From Bryobacterales bacterium (GTDB lineage Bacteria; Acidobacteriota; Terriglobia; Bryobacterales; UBA6623): a stretch of DNA of 64,000 bases. The translations under genes and the position numbers were made by a program. The stretch covers positions 29,199 to 93,198 of the forward strand of contig CAXXRK020000007.1 of NCBI GenBank assembly GCA_963666225.3, written 5' to 3'. This document shows, in pieces, positions 61,669 through 64,000 of the stretch. The notes below the pieces were generated by a model that saw only the letters and a program-made list of their open reading frames with translations, had not been told where the DNA came from and did no database searches. Numbering within the stretch: position 1 is the first letter of the stretch; each line of letters starts with the position of its first letter.

Positions 61669-62313
61669 CTATCGGTATTGCCGGTGTACAGCCAGCAGCC
61701 GTCCCTGCACTTGGACGTCCGCCGCGGGAACGACGATCGGGTCCATCTGCATGTTCGCCGGTTGCAGCCGGACCATCGCGCCCTCCTGGTAGAAGCGCTT
61801 CAGTGTCGTCTCCGCGCCCATGACCAGGGCCACTACGATCTCCCCGTTGTTCGCCCGCTCCGTCTTCTCGATCAGAACGAAGTCGCCGTCGAGGATGTGG
61901 TCCTCGATCATCGACTCGCCGCTCACCCGCAAGGCAAAGACGTCGCTGGACTCCAGGAACGGTGCGAAAGACAGCGATTCGTGCCCCTCGTACGTTTCCA
62001 ATGGCCGGCCCGCCGCAATTTCGCCCACCAGTCGGGTCTCGAGGTGCGCGCCCCCGTGGAATTCAGCGAGCTTGCGGCGATTGGACTGCAACTCCTCGTA
62101 GTACTTGTCCCTGATCTCGAGCGCCCGGCTCTTGTTGTGTTCCCGCTTGACGTACCCCTTTTCTCCCAAGACGATAAGGTGCCTGTGCACCGTGGCCACG
62201 GAGGAGAGGTTCATGCTCCGGGTGATCTCCTCGAAACTCGGGCTGTAGTGGTTCTCCGCGATGAACCGTGCCACGAAGTCGAGTACTTCTTTCTGTTTTC
62301 TGGTTAGAGCCAC
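61669..62313 (-). CDS. lexA: LexA repressor (S24 peptidase)
   Basis: N-terminal wHTH LTRKQKEVLDFVARFIAENHYSPSFEEITRSMNLSSVATVHRHLIVLGEKGYV, cleavage-site region VGEIAAGRP, and catalytic RVSGESM...LKR. GTG start. Confidence 0.9.
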   Translation of the reverse strand: MALTRKQKEVLDFVARFIAENHYSPSFEEITRSMNLSSVATVHRHLIVLGEKGYVKREHNKSRALEIRDKYYEELQSNRRKLAEFHGGAHLETRLVGEIAAGRPLETYEGHESLSFAPFLESSDVFALRVSGESMIEDHILDGDFVLIEKTERANNGEIVVALVMGAETTLKRFYQEGAMVRLQPANMQMDPIVVPAADVQVQGRLLAVHRQYR

Positions 62314-62318
62314 GATTA

Positions 62319-62345
62319 CTCCTTTCTTCGGAATTCATTCTATCA
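62319..62345 (-). promoter_or_regulatory. lexA Shine-Dalgarno (AAAGGAG) and extended -10 (TGaTAGAAT) candidate
   Basis: The minus strand reads tgTGaTAGAATgaattccgaagAAAGGAGtaatcGTG, in a locally AT-rich patch. Confidence 0.45.
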
Positions 62346-62412
62346 CAATACATGCGCACGCGCAGGTCCATTGGCAGATGCGCCATGTTCTGTTCCGCGC
62401 TGGTGCGCTAGA

Positions 62413-63594
62413 ATGTCGTTTCTCATGGATCTCTCGGCGATTCAGAGGCAAATTCGGGCCCACGGGCATTCTGGCTGGTTGTTGTTCGACCACCACGTGC
62501 GCGACCCGATCGCTTACCGTGTGCTCGGGCTCGATTCCAGTGACCACGTCTCGCGCCGCTGGTACTACCTGATACCCGCTGCAGGGGATCCGGTCAAGCT
62601 CGTCCACGCCATCGAGGATGCCCGCCTCGACTCGCTCCCTGGCTCGAAGCGGGCCTACTCCAGCTGGCAGTCCCATCACGCGCGCCTGGCCGAGATGCTG
62701 GGCGGGATGCGGACGGTCGCGATGCAGTACTCGCCGCAGTGCATGATTCCGGTCGTCTCGCTCGTAGACGCCGGGACGGTGGACCTCGTGCGATCTCTGG
62801 GCGTGGAGGTCGTCAGCTCCGCGGCACTCGTGCAGCACTTCGAGGCGCGCTGGACGGCGCGCCAGCGCGACGGACATTGGGAGGCGGGAAGGCGGGTGGA
62901 CACGGTGCTGCGACAAGCCTTCCGCCGCATCCGCGAAGAGATCGACACCGTTGGCGCGAGCAGCGAGTATTCGATCGCCCAGTTCATCCTGGATCGATTC
63001 GAGGCGAGCGGCTTGGTCACCTCCAGCGCGCCCATTGTGGCCGTGAACGCGAGCAGCGGCGATCCACACTATGGCCCCACGCGCGATCGCTCCCGCCCCA
63101 TCCGGCAGGGCGACTTTGTGCTGATCGACCTTTGGGCGAAACTGGACAGTCCGGGCTCGGTCTACTACGACATCACCTGGACCGGCTATTGCGGCGACCG
63201 GCCCCCGGAGCGCATCCAGAAGGTGTTTGACATCGTGGTCGCGGCACGGGACGCGGCCCTTCGCGCGGCGGACTCCGCTGTGCGCGGGGGTACGCCGATC
63301 GCCGGCTGGGAGATCGATGCCGCCGGGAGGGCAGTGATCGATGCTGCCGGCTATGGGGAGATGTTCGTGCACAGACTCGGTCACTCCATCGGCGAAGAGG
63401 TGCACGGCAACGGGGCCAACATGGACAACCTTGAAATGCGGGACGACCGGCCGCTGATCCCCGACACTTGCTTTTCGATCGAGCCGGGGATCTACCTGCC
63501 AGAGTTCGGCGTTCGCAGCGAGATCGACTGCTTCGTCAGTTCCGACCGCGCTGCCGCGACTGGCAGCGTGCAGGCAGAGATCGTGCGGATCTGA
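62413..63594 (+). CDS. M24-family metallopeptidase (Xaa-Pro aminopeptidase/dipeptidase-like)
   Basis: C-terminal pita-bread motifs: DFVLIDLWA, HRLGHSIGEEVHG, FSIEPGIY and RSEI. Start set at ATG 62413 inside ORF 62371..63594. Confidence 0.8.
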   Translation: MSFLMDLSAIQRQIRAHGHSGWLLFDHHVRDPIAYRVLGLDSSDHVSRRWYYLIPAAGDPVKLVHAIEDARLDSLPGSKRAYSSWQSHHARLAEMLGGMRTVAMQYSPQCMIPVVSLVDAGTVDLVRSLGVEVVSSAALVQHFEARWTARQRDGHWEAGRRVDTVLRQAFRRIREEIDTVGASSEYSIAQFILDRFEASGLVTSSAPIVAVNASSGDPHYGPTRDRSRPIRQGDFVLIDLWAKLDSPGSVYYDITWTGYCGDRPPERIQKVFDIVVAARDAALRAADSAVRGGTPIAGWEIDAAGRAVIDAAGYGEMFVHRLGHSIGEEVHGNGANMDNLEMRDDRPLIPDTCFSIEPGIYLPEFGVRSEIDCFVSSDRAAATGSVQAEIVRI

Positions 63595-63602
63595 TCGCGC
63601 GG

Positions 63603-64000
63603 CTACTCCGCGCCAGTCTCGACCCATTCCCGGGTGCGGCCCGACTCGATCACCGCGTCGCACACCTTCTGAGTCTGCAGCGCGCAGCGGAAGTCTGGCT
63701 GGGTCGGCTCGCCCGACTCGACGCCCGCAACAAAGTCTGCGATCGCGTTCAGGAACGTGTGCTCGTAGCCGATGGTCGTCCCCGGCACCCAGTACTTGTC
63801 CATGTACGGATGCTCGGAGTTCGTCACGTGAATCTTGCGCCAGCCCGTGAGGTGGTCTTCGACCTTCTTGCCGGACTGCGCCTGCAGGTACTCGAAGAAA
63901 TGCAGGTACTCGGGGTCCTCCAGGTCGAAGAACACCGAGCCGTCGGCACCGTTGAGCTCCAGCGTGTTGTAGTTCTTGCGGCCGCGCGCGTAGCGCGTGG
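63603..64000 (-). CDS. Gfo/Idh/MocA-family oxidoreductase, C-terminal part (5' end beyond the window)
   Basis: The reading frame is open to the window edge. YEHTFLNAIADFVAGVESGEPTQPDFRCALQTQKVCDAVIES parallels the C-terminus of the paralog at 21501..22658. Confidence 0.7.
   Translation of the reverse strand, partial: TRYARGRKNYNTLELNGADGSVFFDLEDPEYLHFFEYLQAQSGKKVEDHLTGWRKIHVTNSEHPYMDKYWVPGTTIGYEHTFLNAIADFVAGVESGEPTQPDFRCALQTQKVCDAVIESGRTREWVETGAE

Overview
High-GC (about 65%) bacterial chromosomal segment. The gene content suggests Acidobacteriota (Solibacter/Bryobacter-like) or a related lineage: a CarboxypepD_reg-type TonB-dependent receptor, a CRTAC1/ASPIC-UnbV FG-GAP protein, many TPR proteins, DUF1549/DUF1553, DUF1552/DUF1592 and PSCyt cytochrome-c modules, and three Cys-type sulfatases. 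This taxonomic call is inference only. Most of the window is ordinary, densely packed chromosome with housekeeping genes (ribBA, xthA, recX, anmK, ligA, lexA). There are three accessory patches. (1) 1-2.4 kb holds a Phd/YefM antitoxin at the window edge and a decayed ISL3 copy. (2) 22.7-25.3 kb holds a 600-nt non-coding stretch, a G30 homopolymer and an IS110-family element. Its 5' leader looks like a bridge RNA whose guides match the element's own ends and a C/G-run target. (3) 54-61.3 kb holds a DUF1592-family/DUF1552 gene pair broken twice. One break is a clean ISKra4-family insertion with perfect inverted repeats, a 9-bp target duplication and an in-phase A9 slippery site. The other is a ~2.9-kb insert carrying an Rpn-family nuclease. 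Other points of interest are an orphan two-gene microcompartment locus (BMC-H shell protein plus acylating aldehyde dehydrogenase with two tandem encapsulation-peptide-like helices), a LigA with a duplicated HhH domain, a RibBA whose GTP cyclohydrolase II half lacks the zinc cysteines, a Tat/Sec-exported enolase-superfamily plus RidA pair, and a frameshifted lipid-kinase gene. No rRNA, tRNA or CRISPR array was seen. All family assignments come from motif recognition by eye, with no searches run. Gene starts are often uncertain by tens of nucleotides. The many long antisense ORFs in the track are treated as GC-driven shadows.
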